Assembly (NCBI GenBank): GCA_937870585.1
Contig: CALMZE010000007.1
Coordinates: forward strand, 29,064-93,063
Length of the DNA: 64,000 nucleotides
Reading direction: 5' to 3'
Source: an uncultured Sphingomonadales bacterium
Lineage (GTDB): Bacteria > Pseudomonadota > Alphaproteobacteria > Sphingomonadales > Sphingomonadaceae
The notes under the pieces are model-generated. The model searched no databases. It saw only the letters and a list, made by a program, of their open reading frames with translations, and was not told the DNA's origin. The translations under genes were made by a program, and so were the position numbers. Shown one piece after another: positions 18,671 to 27,782 of the stretch (position 1 is the stretch's first letter; each line of letters starts with the position of its first letter).

Positions 18671-19385
18671 GTTCCTGCTCGATCCGGGTGATCGCCTTCA
18701 AGGCATAGACGGTCAGTACAGGCACCCATGCCATCCAGATCAGGAACTCGATCCAGAAGTTGAGAATGCCACTGCGCGCGAATGCGCCATTCATGAAATA
18801 GGGCATCAGGCATTCGGCGATGAACATGAAGCCTACCCAGATGCCATACCAGGCCAGCCATTTGGGCACGAGCGGCACCGCCCGCTTGTCCGCCATGAAG
18901 CCGACGCCGAGCGCGAAGAGCTGGACCGAGGTGACCGCATAAGCGAGATCGATCAGCAGCCACGCCATGTCGTAGAGCATCTGGATCATCCAGTCCGGCA
19001 GGGCATCGGGGCGGAAGGCCGCCGTCAACCAGAAGCTCGTTGGCACCAGAACGGTGATGGTCGTCCAGGCGGCACCGAGGCGCGCAAGCTGGACCATCAG
19101 ATTGCCGCTTGGGTTATCGCCACCAACCGTGTGTTCCATCACCTTCGCCAGCGCATAGCCCCACACGCCATAACAGGGCGCTGCTGTCATCGCGATGACC
19201 ATGCCAAGGCGAACACCGTCGCGGTGATCGCGGAAATAGCCTGCCACTTCAGACGCGGGCGCATCTGGCGAAAAGGGCGGGAAATTATGCCCCAGCACGC
19301 CCCAGCAATAATAGAATATGGCCACGAACACCGGCCCCATCCATGCGCAGAACCGCCAGTAGCGGGTATCAACCTTGCCGCTCAT
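18657..19385 (-). CDS. Multi-TM hypothetical protein (DUF4386-like)
   Basis: About six hydrophobic segments, PPFSP, FWLTAAFRP, LYDMAW; overlaps CoxIII-like gene. Confidence 0.7.
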   Translation of the reverse strand: MSGKVDTRYWRFCAWMGPVFVAIFYYCWGVLGHNFPPFSPDAPASEVAGYFRDHRDGVRLGMVIAMTAAPCYGVWGYALAKVMEHTVGGDNPSGNLMVQLARLGAAWTTITVLVPTSFWLTAAFRPDALPDWMIQMLYDMAWLLIDLAYAVTSVQLFALGVGFMADKRAVPLVPKWLAWYGIWVGFMFIAECLMPYFMNGAFARSGILNFWIEFLIWMAWVPVLTVYALKAITRIEQEHAAA

Positions 19386-19405
19386 TGCTCTCTCCTCTCC
19401 ATCCC

Positions 19406-19443
19406 AAAAACAAAGCCCCGGCCGTTCTTGTGCGACCGGGGCT
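19406..19443 (-). terminator. Intra-operon stem-loop/terminator after TonB receptor
   Basis: Minus strand AGCCCCGG...CCGGGGCT followed by TTGTTTTT. Confidence 0.6.
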
Positions 19444-19470
19444 CTGCTTCATCCTCTCTTCAACAAATGA

Positions 19471-22110
19471 TCAGAACTTCACTGTGGCTTCGATCCCGTA
19501 GGTGCGCGGCTGCGCGCGGACGCGGTAGCCATTGCCGAACAGATTCTCGATCGAGATGCCGAAGGGATAATAGGTCTTGTTGGCGAGGTTTTTGCCCCAC
19601 AACGCAACCGAGAAGCGATCTGTATCGTAGGAAATCCGGCCATTGAGCGTCCAATATTTGCCCTCGCCATTGCCGAATTTGCCGGAGGCCACAGCAGGCA
19701 GCGGCCCACGGCTATAATCCTTGAACGAGTCATAGTAGAACTGACCGGTATAGGCAGCATCGCCATGGACGTTGATCTTGCCCGCATCGGTTTCAAAGGC
19801 CCGCCAGTCAAAGCCCAGATTGATCGACGATTTGGCCGCATAAGGGAACGGGTTCCCCGCCACGCTCACCGGCCCGCCCGAAGACACCACGCAGCTTCCC
19901 AGCTGAGCCGGGAAGTTGGGGATCAGCGCCGGATTGGCAGGGCATTCACCCTTGGCATATTTGCTGTCGAGCAAACCGAGCGAGGCGCTCAGCTTCAGGC
20001 TGTCGGTTGCCTGGAACTGCGCATCGAGCTCGATGCCCTTCATCGTGCCGTCAAGCGAGATCAGGTTGGCGGTTGCGGTCGCATCCACCACCTGACCCTG
20101 CTGGCCCTTATAATCATAGTAGAAGAAGGCGCCGTTGATCTGCACGCGGTTGTCCGCAAAGCGCGTCTTGAAGCCGAATTCATAGGCGTTCACGCTTTCC
20201 GGCTTCACGAAATACACTTGGTTCGCGCTGCCATAGGCCAGACCATTGAACGTGCCCGCACGATAGCCACGGCTATAGCTGGCATAGAACATGACGGCGT
20301 CGCTCGGCTTCCAGTCCAGAATGGCGCGGCCAGACAAACGGCCCGAAGATCCCTTTCGCTCCAAGCCGCCCGGAAGCGGAATGCCCAGCGTCTGGAAGGA
20401 CGGGATTACCACAGCCCCAGCTTCGTTATAGACTGGCTGGAGAAAATAGGGGGCCAAGGCCCCGCCCTGCGTGAAGTTGGACACGGTCAGCAGCCGCGCG
20501 ACCCCGCGATCATCATAATAGGTGGTCAAGCCGTCGCTGAACTTGTTCTTGTCGCTGGTGTAGCGCAGGCCGGCCGTGAGCTTCACTGTGTCGGTGATCT
20601 CGTAGCTGCCTTCGCCATAAATGGCGTAGGATTTGCGGTCCTGCTTGAAGTGCTGCGTGGCGGTGATGCCGGTGGGCAGCGAACCCGCCGAAAGCGCCGT
20701 TCCGCCAAACGCTCCGCCCGGGTTGAACCAGCCCGCAGCACGGCCCGGCACGGCGGCATAAATCCCCGCCGCGCCATCAAGCGCCGCATTCACATCGCGC
20801 AGGAAGTTGAAGAAGTCGGGCTTGTTGTCGGCCGTCACGCTGTCCTTGCCGAAATAGCCGCCCAGGATCATCTTGAACCTGTCGCTCGAATAATCGAGGC
20901 GCAAATCCTGATTGAAGGCGTGGAATTTCGAATTGTAGCCGATCGAGCAGCCGCGCAGGGGCGTGGCGTCACAATCGGTGTTGAGCTGCGAATAGAGGCC
21001 CGAATCATATCCGGTGATCGAAGTGAGGCTCAGCTTGTCAGCCAGTTCTACCTTGGCCGTAAAGACCACCCCTTCGGACCGGGTCACCGCCCTGCCAACG
21101 CTGTCAGCTTCGATTTCATTGATGCCAAGGCCGCGCCCGCTCTGGCTGTATCCAGCCGGGAGAATGCCTGCGCCGCCCGGCCCGAGCGCCTGAAAAAGCG
21201 GACCGAGCAGGAAATTGTTGCTGAGATAGTTAAGTTGGTCGCTGGTCCGCGATTGCCCGGTGGGGATCGGCGTTTCGGTTCCGCCCTTCATCTTGGCGGC
21301 ATAGCCCTTCACAGTGAAGTCCACCGTGTCAGACGCCTTGAAACGCAGCGTGCCGCGAATGCCGTATGATTTGGAACCGCCCGGCTGAATGCCGGTCGCC
21401 TTGTTCAGGCCCGACGCGCCAAAGGCCGCGAACGTGTTATTCCCCGCTTTCAAACGGTTGTGAACATAGGGATCGGAATCGACATAGGTGCCTGCAACAC
21501 GAAGGCCGATCTTGTCCGCCACCGGTGTCACTTCAAACGCACCGGTAAAATTCACGCGGTTGAAATTGCCATAGCCCGCCGTCAGCGTGCCGTTCATGCC
21601 TTCCAGCGCAGGCTTGCGCGTGATGAAGTTGATCGCGCCGCCGGTCGTGTTGCGGCCATAAAGCGTGCCCTGCGGGCCACGCACCACTTCGATCTGTTCA
21701 AGATCGTAAAGCTGCTGACCATGACTGGCACGGAATGCCTGATAGACTTCGTCAACATACACACCAACCGGCGATGCCGCATTGGCATTGAACTCGGTCC
21801 CCACACCGACGCCGCGCACCGAGAAGTTGGGCTGCTGCTCGCCATAAGGGGATGACACCTGAAGGTTCGGCATTGAGTGATTGAGATCGGACGTTTCGAA
21901 CACGCCCTGATTGGCAAGAGACGCCGCCGAGATCGCCGAAACTGCAACCGGCACATCCTGCAAATTTTCATTTCGCTTGGTTGCCGTAACGACAATGTCT
22001 TCTAGGCCGACCGCTTCTTCGGCACCCTGCGATTGCGCGAGTGCAACGCTGGACGTGCTCGCCAACGCAAGAATCAGACTACCCGTAAACAGCTTGGAGC
22101 TCATGCTCAT
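19471..22110 (-). CDS. TonB-dependent receptor
   Basis: Signal peptide, DIVVTATKR TonB-box region, EVVRGPQGTLYGRNTTGG plug, C-terminal PRTYGIEATVKF; start 22110 or 22104. Confidence 0.95.
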   Translation of the reverse strand: MSMSSKLFTGSLILALASTSSVALAQSQGAEEAVGLEDIVVTATKRNENLQDVPVAVSAISAASLANQGVFETSDLNHSMPNLQVSSPYGEQQPNFSVRGVGVGTEFNANAASPVGVYVDEVYQAFRASHGQQLYDLEQIEVVRGPQGTLYGRNTTGGAINFITRKPALEGMNGTLTAGYGNFNRVNFTGAFEVTPVADKIGLRVAGTYVDSDPYVHNRLKAGNNTFAAFGASGLNKATGIQPGGSKSYGIRGTLRFKASDTVDFTVKGYAAKMKGGTETPIPTGQSRTSDQLNYLSNNFLLGPLFQALGPGGAGILPAGYSQSGRGLGINEIEADSVGRAVTRSEGVVFTAKVELADKLSLTSITGYDSGLYSQLNTDCDATPLRGCSIGYNSKFHAFNQDLRLDYSSDRFKMILGGYFGKDSVTADNKPDFFNFLRDVNAALDGAAGIYAAVPGRAAGWFNPGGAFGGTALSAGSLPTGITATQHFKQDRKSYAIYGEGSYEITDTVKLTAGLRYTSDKNKFSDGLTTYYDDRGVARLLTVSNFTQGGALAPYFLQPVYNEAGAVVIPSFQTLGIPLPGGLERKGSSGRLSGRAILDWKPSDAVMFYASYSRGYRAGTFNGLAYGSANQVYFVKPESVNAYEFGFKTRFADNRVQINGAFFYYDYKGQQGQVVDATATANLISLDGTMKGIELDAQFQATDSLKLSASLGLLDSKYAKGECPANPALIPNFPAQLGSCVVSSGGPVSVAGNPFPYAAKSSINLGFDWRAFETDAGKINVHGDAAYTGQFYYDSFKDYSRGPLPAVASGKFGNGEGKYWTLNGRISYDTDRFSVALWGKNLANKTYYPFGISIENLFGNGYRVRAQPRTYGIEATVKF

Positions 22111-22232
22111 CCTCCCTCTCCCATTTCACGCCCGTGAATCAGTTTTTACGTGACGTTGATACGCAAAATAGACTAAGCGAGAATCATGTCAACATATTTA
22201 CTACATGGTCTGAAACGAGGAGGAGGAAGAGG

Positions 22233-23279
22233 GTGAGCTGGCTCAAATCGCTCTTTGGAAGCAAGGAACCGCGTGCTGTTATCGTTCAGCCCTCTGGCAC
22301 GCGCTTTGCCGTTGAAGGCAGCGAAACGATCCTCGAACGTGCGCTCAAGGAAGGCCTGCCCTATCCGCATGATTGCACCGTGGGCACCTGCGGCGCGTGT
22401 CGCACCAAGCTGCTTTCGGGCAAGGTCGATGCGATCACGCCCTTTGGCTACACGCTGAGCCGCGAAGAGCTCGACGCGGGGTATATTCTGGCCTGTCAGG
22501 CGCAGCCCAAGTCCGATCTAGTTCTGGAGGTTGATCTCTCGGCCTCCGCGATGGAGCATGTCACCACCCCGGCCCGGCTGGCCGCCACCACGCCGCTGAC
22601 GCACGATATCATGAAGGTGGAGTGGGACGCCGAAACGCCCATGGCGTTCAAGGCGGGGCAATATGTCAATGTCCGCTGGGACGGAGGGGCGACGCACCGC
22701 TCTTACTCCTTCGCTACCGCCCCAGAACCGGGCGGCAGCACGCGCCTGACCAGCTTCATCCGCCATGTGCCCGGCGGCGCGTTTACGGATGCGCTGTTCA
22801 GCGGCAAAGCGGACGGCATGGCGTTCGAGCTGGACGGCCCGCACGGGGCTTTCTGGCTGCGCGAAGGCAAAGGCCCGATCCTGTGCATCGCAGGCGGCAG
22901 CGGCCTCGCGCCGCTCATCAGCCTGTTGCAGGACGCCGCCAAGCGCCGCGTCCGCCGCGACGTTGTGCTGCTGTTCGGCGGACGGGGAGAGCGCGACCTG
23001 TATTGCGAGGGCGAAATCTCGGCGATCCGCTCTGCCTGGACGGCGGGCTTCGATTATTGGCCCGTCCTCTCCGAAACGCCTGCCGAAGGCATCCGCTCCG
23101 GCATGGTCACGGCGCACATCGCGGCGGCACTGGATCGGCTGGGGCCGGATGCGCAGGCCTATCTCTGCGGGCCACCCGCGATGATCGACGCCGCCATTGC
23201 AGACCTGATGCATCACGGCGTGGGGATGGACGCGATCTTCTACGACAAGTTCACCGATGCCAGCTCGGCCCTAGACTGA
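22233..23279 (+). CDS. 2Fe-2S/FAD/NAD oxygenase reductase (XylA-like)
   Basis: CTVGTCGAC...LACQ ferredoxin, RSYSFA, GPHG, AGGSGLAP, YLCGPP; GTG start after AGGAGGAGG. Confidence 0.92.
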   Translation: MSWLKSLFGSKEPRAVIVQPSGTRFAVEGSETILERALKEGLPYPHDCTVGTCGACRTKLLSGKVDAITPFGYTLSREELDAGYILACQAQPKSDLVLEVDLSASAMEHVTTPARLAATTPLTHDIMKVEWDAETPMAFKAGQYVNVRWDGGATHRSYSFATAPEPGGSTRLTSFIRHVPGGAFTDALFSGKADGMAFELDGPHGAFWLREGKGPILCIAGGSGLAPLISLLQDAAKRRVRRDVVLLFGGRGERDLYCEGEISAIRSAWTAGFDYWPVLSETPAEGIRSGMVTAHIAAALDRLGPDAQAYLCGPPAMIDAAIADLMHHGVGMDAIFYDKFTDASSALD

Positions 23280-23296
23280 GACAAAAGGAGAGAGAC

Positions 23297-24736
23297 ATGA
23301 CCCTGAACCGCACCGCCTTCTTCATCAACAACCAGTGGGCCAAGCCCGCCAGCGATCGCACCTTCACGATCATCAACGCCTCCACCGGCGAGCCCATCGC
23401 CACCGTGCCGGAAGGCGTGGAAGCCGATATGGACGCCGCCGTAGCCGCTGCCCGGAATGCGTTCGACAATAGCGGCTGGGCCACGGCTCCTGCTTCTGAG
23501 CGCGCCGCCGTGATGCTGCGGTTCATGGAGGCGATGGCGAAGCGTGGGCCGCAGTTGGCCGAGGCGGTGTCGCTGCAAAACGGGATGCCCGTCTCGCTCT
23601 CCAATATGCTGGAGGCGCAGTTCCCCGCCGGGCTGCTGCAATATTATGCCAGCCTTGCCGATACCATTGGCCAACCCGATGTGCGCCCCTCGCAAATGGG
23701 CAAGGAAACACTCGTCGAACGCCGCGCTATTGGCGTGGTCGCGGCCATTGTGCCGTGGAACTTCCCCGTCACGCTTGCTTTCTCCAAGATCGCCCCGGCG
23801 ATGCTCGCGGGCTGCACTCTGGTCATCAAGCCCTCACCCGGCACCGTGCTCGACAGCTATCTCGTTGCCGAGGCCGCGCTGGAAGCGGGCGTTCCGGCGG
23901 GCGTGATCAACATCGTCGCGGCAGACCGCGCGGCGGGCGCCTACCTCGTCTCGCACCCTCAGGTGGACAAGGTCGCCTTCACCGGATCGACGGGCGCGGG
24001 CCGCAAGATTGCGGGCGTCTGCGGAGAGCTCCTCCGTCCGGTGACGCTGGAGCTGGGCGGCAAATCCGCGGCCGTGCTGCTGGAAGATGTGGACCTGAAC
24101 GTCTTTCTGCCCGGCATCCCCATGGCCTCGATGCTCAACAATGGCCAGGCTTGCTACAACGCCACCCGGATCCTCGCGCCCGCCAAACGCTATGACGAGA
24201 TTGTCGGCGCGGTCGCGGGCATGGTGTCTCAACTCAGCGTGGGCGATGCAATGGACGCCGCCACTCATGTCGGTCCGATGGCGAGCGCCGCGCACCGTGA
24301 CCGGGTGGAAGGCTATATCGCCAAGGGCCGCGAGGAAGCCCGCCTCGTCGCAGGCGGCGGACGCCCGGCCAATCACAATCGCGGCTGGTTCGTCGAGCCC
24401 ACCGTCTTTGCCGATGTGTCGAACGACGCGGTGATCGCGCAGGAGGAAATCTTCGGCCCGGTCCTCTCGATCATCAAATATAGCGACGAGGCCGACGCGA
24501 TCCGCATTGCCAATGACAGCGCGTTCGGCCTTGGCGGCTCCGTGTGGAGTGCCGATTCCGCCCACGCCACCGACATCGCCCGCCGCGTCGAGAGCGGCAC
24601 CGTCGGCGTCAACGGTTATATGCCCGCACTCGGCTCCCCCTTTGGCGGCGTGAAGGCGAGTGGAATGGGCAGCGAGTTCGGTCCCGAAGCCGTGGCGGGC
24701 TATCAGCGGGTGAAGTCGATTTACGTAATGGGTTAA
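23297..24736 (+). CDS. Aldehyde dehydrogenase
   Basis: PWNFP, FTGSTGAG, LELGGKS, NGQAC, EEIFGP; SD AAGGAGAG. Confidence 0.95.
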   Translation: MTLNRTAFFINNQWAKPASDRTFTIINASTGEPIATVPEGVEADMDAAVAAARNAFDNSGWATAPASERAAVMLRFMEAMAKRGPQLAEAVSLQNGMPVSLSNMLEAQFPAGLLQYYASLADTIGQPDVRPSQMGKETLVERRAIGVVAAIVPWNFPVTLAFSKIAPAMLAGCTLVIKPSPGTVLDSYLVAEAALEAGVPAGVINIVAADRAAGAYLVSHPQVDKVAFTGSTGAGRKIAGVCGELLRPVTLELGGKSAAVLLEDVDLNVFLPGIPMASMLNNGQACYNATRILAPAKRYDEIVGAVAGMVSQLSVGDAMDAATHVGPMASAAHRDRVEGYIAKGREEARLVAGGGRPANHNRGWFVEPTVFADVSNDAVIAQEEIFGPVLSIIKYSDEADAIRIANDSAFGLGGSVWSADSAHATDIARRVESGTVGVNGYMPALGSPFGGVKASGMGSEFGPEAVAGYQRVKSIYVMG

Positions 24737-25029
24737 GGCCTGCCGTTCCCCAAGTCTGGCCCAAAGTCAGCGGAGCGAAAAGCGCTCGCTGGCTCTTGGG
24801 TGTCGTAGCACTGGCGTCTCGCATCAAGCAGAAGGGAGCGGAATTGACCGGACACGGGCCTGCGCCATGTGTCCCTGTTGAGAGGCGGCGGATGGATCTC
24901 CGAGGAAAAGAGCTGGAGCTATGCTGCACCCCGTTCGGTTTAGCCTTCGCAATCGGTCTGGCGCTGTTTCGGCTTCGACCTTGAAAAACGTGCGATACCT
25001 GCCGTTCGGTATGGCATCTACTTCCAAAC

Positions 25030-25355
25030 TGGTGCGGGCGGGGGGAATCGAACCCCCAAGGGCAAATGCCCGACGGATTTTCTTACCAGCTACGGCTTTC
25101 GCCGCCACGCGCGCCGGAAACCGGCCACGCATGTTTGTGGTCTGGACTATCCCTTCACCGTGCCTTGGGTATCCAAGGGGTAGGTGCTGCCCGTCTAGTC
25201 TCTACACCTTCCCCGATGCGTGTGCATCCGGGCTTGGCTCGGGATTGCCATGTAACAGGTTTCCCCGAATTTGAGCAGTTCTGCATCGCGGGTTTCCCCG
25301 AGAGCACTCATGATTGGCCTAAGTCCGTTGCGTCTACCGATTTCGCCACGCCCGC
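25030..25355 (-). tRNA. trnL: tRNA-Leu(UAA), intron-containing (exons 25321-25355 and 25030-25081)
   Basis: Joined exons give GCGGGCG...ACGGA-CT-TAA-AA-TCCGT...GGGGG-TTCGATT-CCCCC-CGCCCGC-ACCA, 87 nt. Confidence 0.95.
25082..25320 (-). ncRNA. Self-splicing group I intron (trnL/IC3 type), 239 nt
   Basis: Inserted at U^AA; P AATTCGGGGAAACC, Q GGCAATCCCGAGCC, R GTAGAGACTAGACGG, S GAAGGGATAGTCC; terminal G; exon ACTT can pair with intron GAGT (P1 with U-G). Confidence 0.92.
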
Positions 25356-25397
25356 ATCCGGCCTGACTATAGTCAGGCCTTCGCCATCCGCCAAGCC

Positions 25398-25676
25398 TCA
25401 GGCGTTCAGACGATCGCGCATTTCCTTGCCGGGCTTGAAGTGCGGCACGCGCTTCGCATCCACCGGAACGGAATCGCCGGTGCGCGGATTGCGCCCGGTG
25501 CGGCCATCACGCTCGCGCGTTGAAAAGGCACCAAAGCCGCGCAGTTCAACACGCCCGCCTTCGGCCAGACGCGCCACAATGATGTCGAAGAAGGAATCGA
25601 CGATGGTTTCAACTTCACGCAATGTGAGGCCGGGATTCTCTTTGACCAGTGCACTCACCAACTCGGATCGGATCAT
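25398..25676 (-). CDS. ihfB: Integration host factor beta subunit
   Basis: MIRSEL...[10 protein letters not shown]...GRNPRTG...[13 protein letters not shown]. Confidence 0.97.
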   Translation of the reverse strand: MIRSELVSALVKENPGLTLREVETIVDSFFDIIVARLAEGGRVELRGFGAFSTRERDGRTGRNPRTGDSVPVDAKRVPHFKPGKEMRDRLNA

Positions 25677-25818
25677 ATCCACCCCTGTTGCGACATGATC
25701 TACAATCCGGTCTCCCCCATGAAGTCCGGACAGGAAGATGCGGGCCAACTAACGCCTGCAAGGTCCCCCCGGCCATGTCGCTGACGCGTCAATCCGCCAA
25801 AATCCGCACTTTTGCAAC

Positions 25819-25848
25819 AAAAAATCGCCGGTGTTGCCACCGGCGATT
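25819..25848 (-). terminator. rpsA terminator
   Basis: AATCGCCGGTG-GCAA-CACCGGCGATT with T tract on minus strand. Confidence 0.8.
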
Positions 25849-25890
25849 CCTTGTTTGGCACAGATGCCAATCAGTTCAATGACTTGGCAA

Positions 25891-27603
25891 TCAGTTCTTG
25901 GTGTCGCGAGCCTTGAGCGCTTCACCCAGAATGTCACCCAGCGACGCGCCTGAATCAGACGAACCATATTGAGCGACCGCCTGCTTTTCTTCGGCCAACT
26001 GGAGTGCCTTGATCGAGAAGTTCGGCTTTTTGGAGCGGTCGAAACCGATCACCAGTGCGTCGAACTTCTGGCCAACCTGGAAGCGGTCCGGACGCTGCTC
26101 GTCACGGTCGCGGCCCAGATCGGAGCGCTTGATGAAGCCAACGGCGCCATCATCACCAGCCTGCACTTCGAGTCCGCCATCAACGATCGCCAGAACCGTG
26201 ACCGTCGCGGTCGAGTTCTTGTTGAGGCCGCCGCTGCTGCCGGTTCCGCCCACAGCCGGGGCGCCCTTTTCAAGCTGCTTGATGCCGAGCGAAATGCGTT
26301 CCTTCTCAACATCGATGTCGAGCACGATCGCCTTCACGGTTTCGCCCTTATGGTGCATCGCCAGCGCTTCTTCGCCAGTCACGCCCCATGCGATGTCAGA
26401 CATGTGGACCATGCCGTCCACATCGCCATCAAGGCCGACGAACAGACCGAATTCGGTCGCGTTCTTGACTTCGCCCTCAACAACCGAACCAATCGGATGG
26501 TTGGCGGCAAAGCCTTCCCACGGATTGGTGGCAGCCTGCTTGAGGCCAAGCGAGATGCGACGCTTGTCGGTATCGACTTCGAGCACGACCACATCGACTT
26601 CCTGGCTCGTCGAAACGATCTTGCCGGGGTGAACGTTCTTCTTGGTCCACGACATTTCGGAGACATGGACCAGGCCTTCGATGCCCGCTTCCAGTTCCAC
26701 AAACGCACCATATTCGGTGATGTTGGTGACGCGACCGGTGAGCTTCGCACCCGTCGGGTAACGATCCACTGCGGTTTCCCACGGATCGCTTTCGAGTTGC
26801 TTCATGCCCAGCGAAATGCGCTGCGTGTCGCGGTTGATGCGGATGATCTGCACCTTGACGGTATCGCCAATGTTGATGATCTCGCTCGGGTGACCCACGC
26901 GCTTGTAGCTGATGTCGGTGACGTGCAGCAGGCCGTCAATGCCGCCCAGATCCACGAACGCACCATAATCGGTGATGTTCTTGACGACGCCATCGATCAC
27001 CTGACCTTCGGCCAGCGTCGAAATGAGGCCGGTGCGCGCTTCTGCACGGCTCTCTTCGAGGATCGCGCGACGCGACACAACGATGTTGCCACGGCGACGG
27101 TCCATCTTGAGGATGTGGAAGGGCTGCGGAATGTCCATCAGCGGGGTCACGTCACGCACCGGGCGGATATCGACTTGGCTACCGGGCAGGAAGGCCACGG
27201 CACCGTTCAGATCGACGGTGAAGCCACCCTTGACGCGGCCGAAGATCACGCCTTCGACACGGCTGGACTGGGAGAATTCGGCTTCAAGCACATCCCAAGC
27301 AGCTTCGCGGCGCGCGCGGTCACGGCTGAGAACGGCATCGCCCGAGGCGTTTTCAATGCGGTCGACATAAACGTCAACTTCGTCACCGACTTGCAGTTCG
27401 GCCTTCTGGCCGGGCGCAGCAAATTCACGAAGCGGCACGCGGCCTTCGCTCTTGAGGCCCACATCGATGACAGCGAGATCATTCTCGATCGCGGTCACGG
27501 TGCCCTTGACGACACGGCCTTCGAAATTCTGGTCTGCACCGCCGAACGATTCGTCGAGCAGCGCGGAAAATTCATCGCGGGTTGGAAAAGCCTGAGAGGC
27601 CAT
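25891..27603 (-). CDS. rpsA: 30S ribosomal protein S1
   Basis: Repeated S1 domains (DVGLKSEG, FLPGSQVD, DGLLHVTD, EGLVHVSE). Confidence 0.98.
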   Translation of the reverse strand: MASQAFPTRDEFSALLDESFGGADQNFEGRVVKGTVTAIENDLAVIDVGLKSEGRVPLREFAAPGQKAELQVGDEVDVYVDRIENASGDAVLSRDRARREAAWDVLEAEFSQSSRVEGVIFGRVKGGFTVDLNGAVAFLPGSQVDIRPVRDVTPLMDIPQPFHILKMDRRRGNIVVSRRAILEESRAEARTGLISTLAEGQVIDGVVKNITDYGAFVDLGGIDGLLHVTDISYKRVGHPSEIINIGDTVKVQIIRINRDTQRISLGMKQLESDPWETAVDRYPTGAKLTGRVTNITEYGAFVELEAGIEGLVHVSEMSWTKKNVHPGKIVSTSQEVDVVVLEVDTDKRRISLGLKQAATNPWEGFAANHPIGSVVEGEVKNATEFGLFVGLDGDVDGMVHMSDIAWGVTGEEALAMHHKGETVKAIVLDIDVEKERISLGIKQLEKGAPAVGGTGSSGGLNKNSTATVTVLAIVDGGLEVQAGDDGAVGFIKRSDLGRDRDEQRPDRFQVGQKFDALVIGFDRSKKPNFSIKALQLAEEKQAVAQYGSSDSGASLGDILGEALKARDTKN

Positions 27604-27782
27604 AGGTTAGAGTTCCTGTCTTCACTGTTTTCCGGCCAAGCGGTTGGGTCCGCTGGTCTTCTGGCCAGACTGCCACAGACACACCATATGGCTGCGGCAT
27701 CCGCAAAACGGCTGATCAAATGAAGGCGCAAAATGCAAAGCAAAAACGGCGCGGCGGGCAATTCCCGTCGCGCCCGACCGGC

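Larger units (their letters stand above)
12862..25029. other. Accessory block 1 (putative island) between tRNA-Ser and tRNA-Leu 3' ends
   Basis: tRNA-bracketed, IS5 relic at left edge, catabolic content; no integrase or att duplication seen. Confidence 0.5.

Noticed and set aside
22622-23296. In-frame 5' extension of the ALDH ORF suggesting a 704-aa fusion
   Set aside because: Overlaps the reductase in another frame, reads as low-complexity Arg/Pro/Ala, and a good SD precedes ATG 23297.
24737-25029. Possible integrase relic or att site beside tRNA-Leu
   Set aside because: No tyrosine/serine recombinase motifs or tRNA 3' duplication recognisable by eye; needs tBLASTn to exclude fully.
25082-25320. 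Homing endonuclease in the intron
   Set aside because: 239 nt is almost fully accounted for by the ribozyme core; ORFs crossing it (24824-25132, 24921-25274, 25066-25698) are spurious.
25969-27723. 584-aa plus-strand ORF opposite rpsA (likewise 19765-21369, 18669-19646, 40519-41598, 28520-29791)
   Set aside because: Antisense shadows of codon-biased genes.
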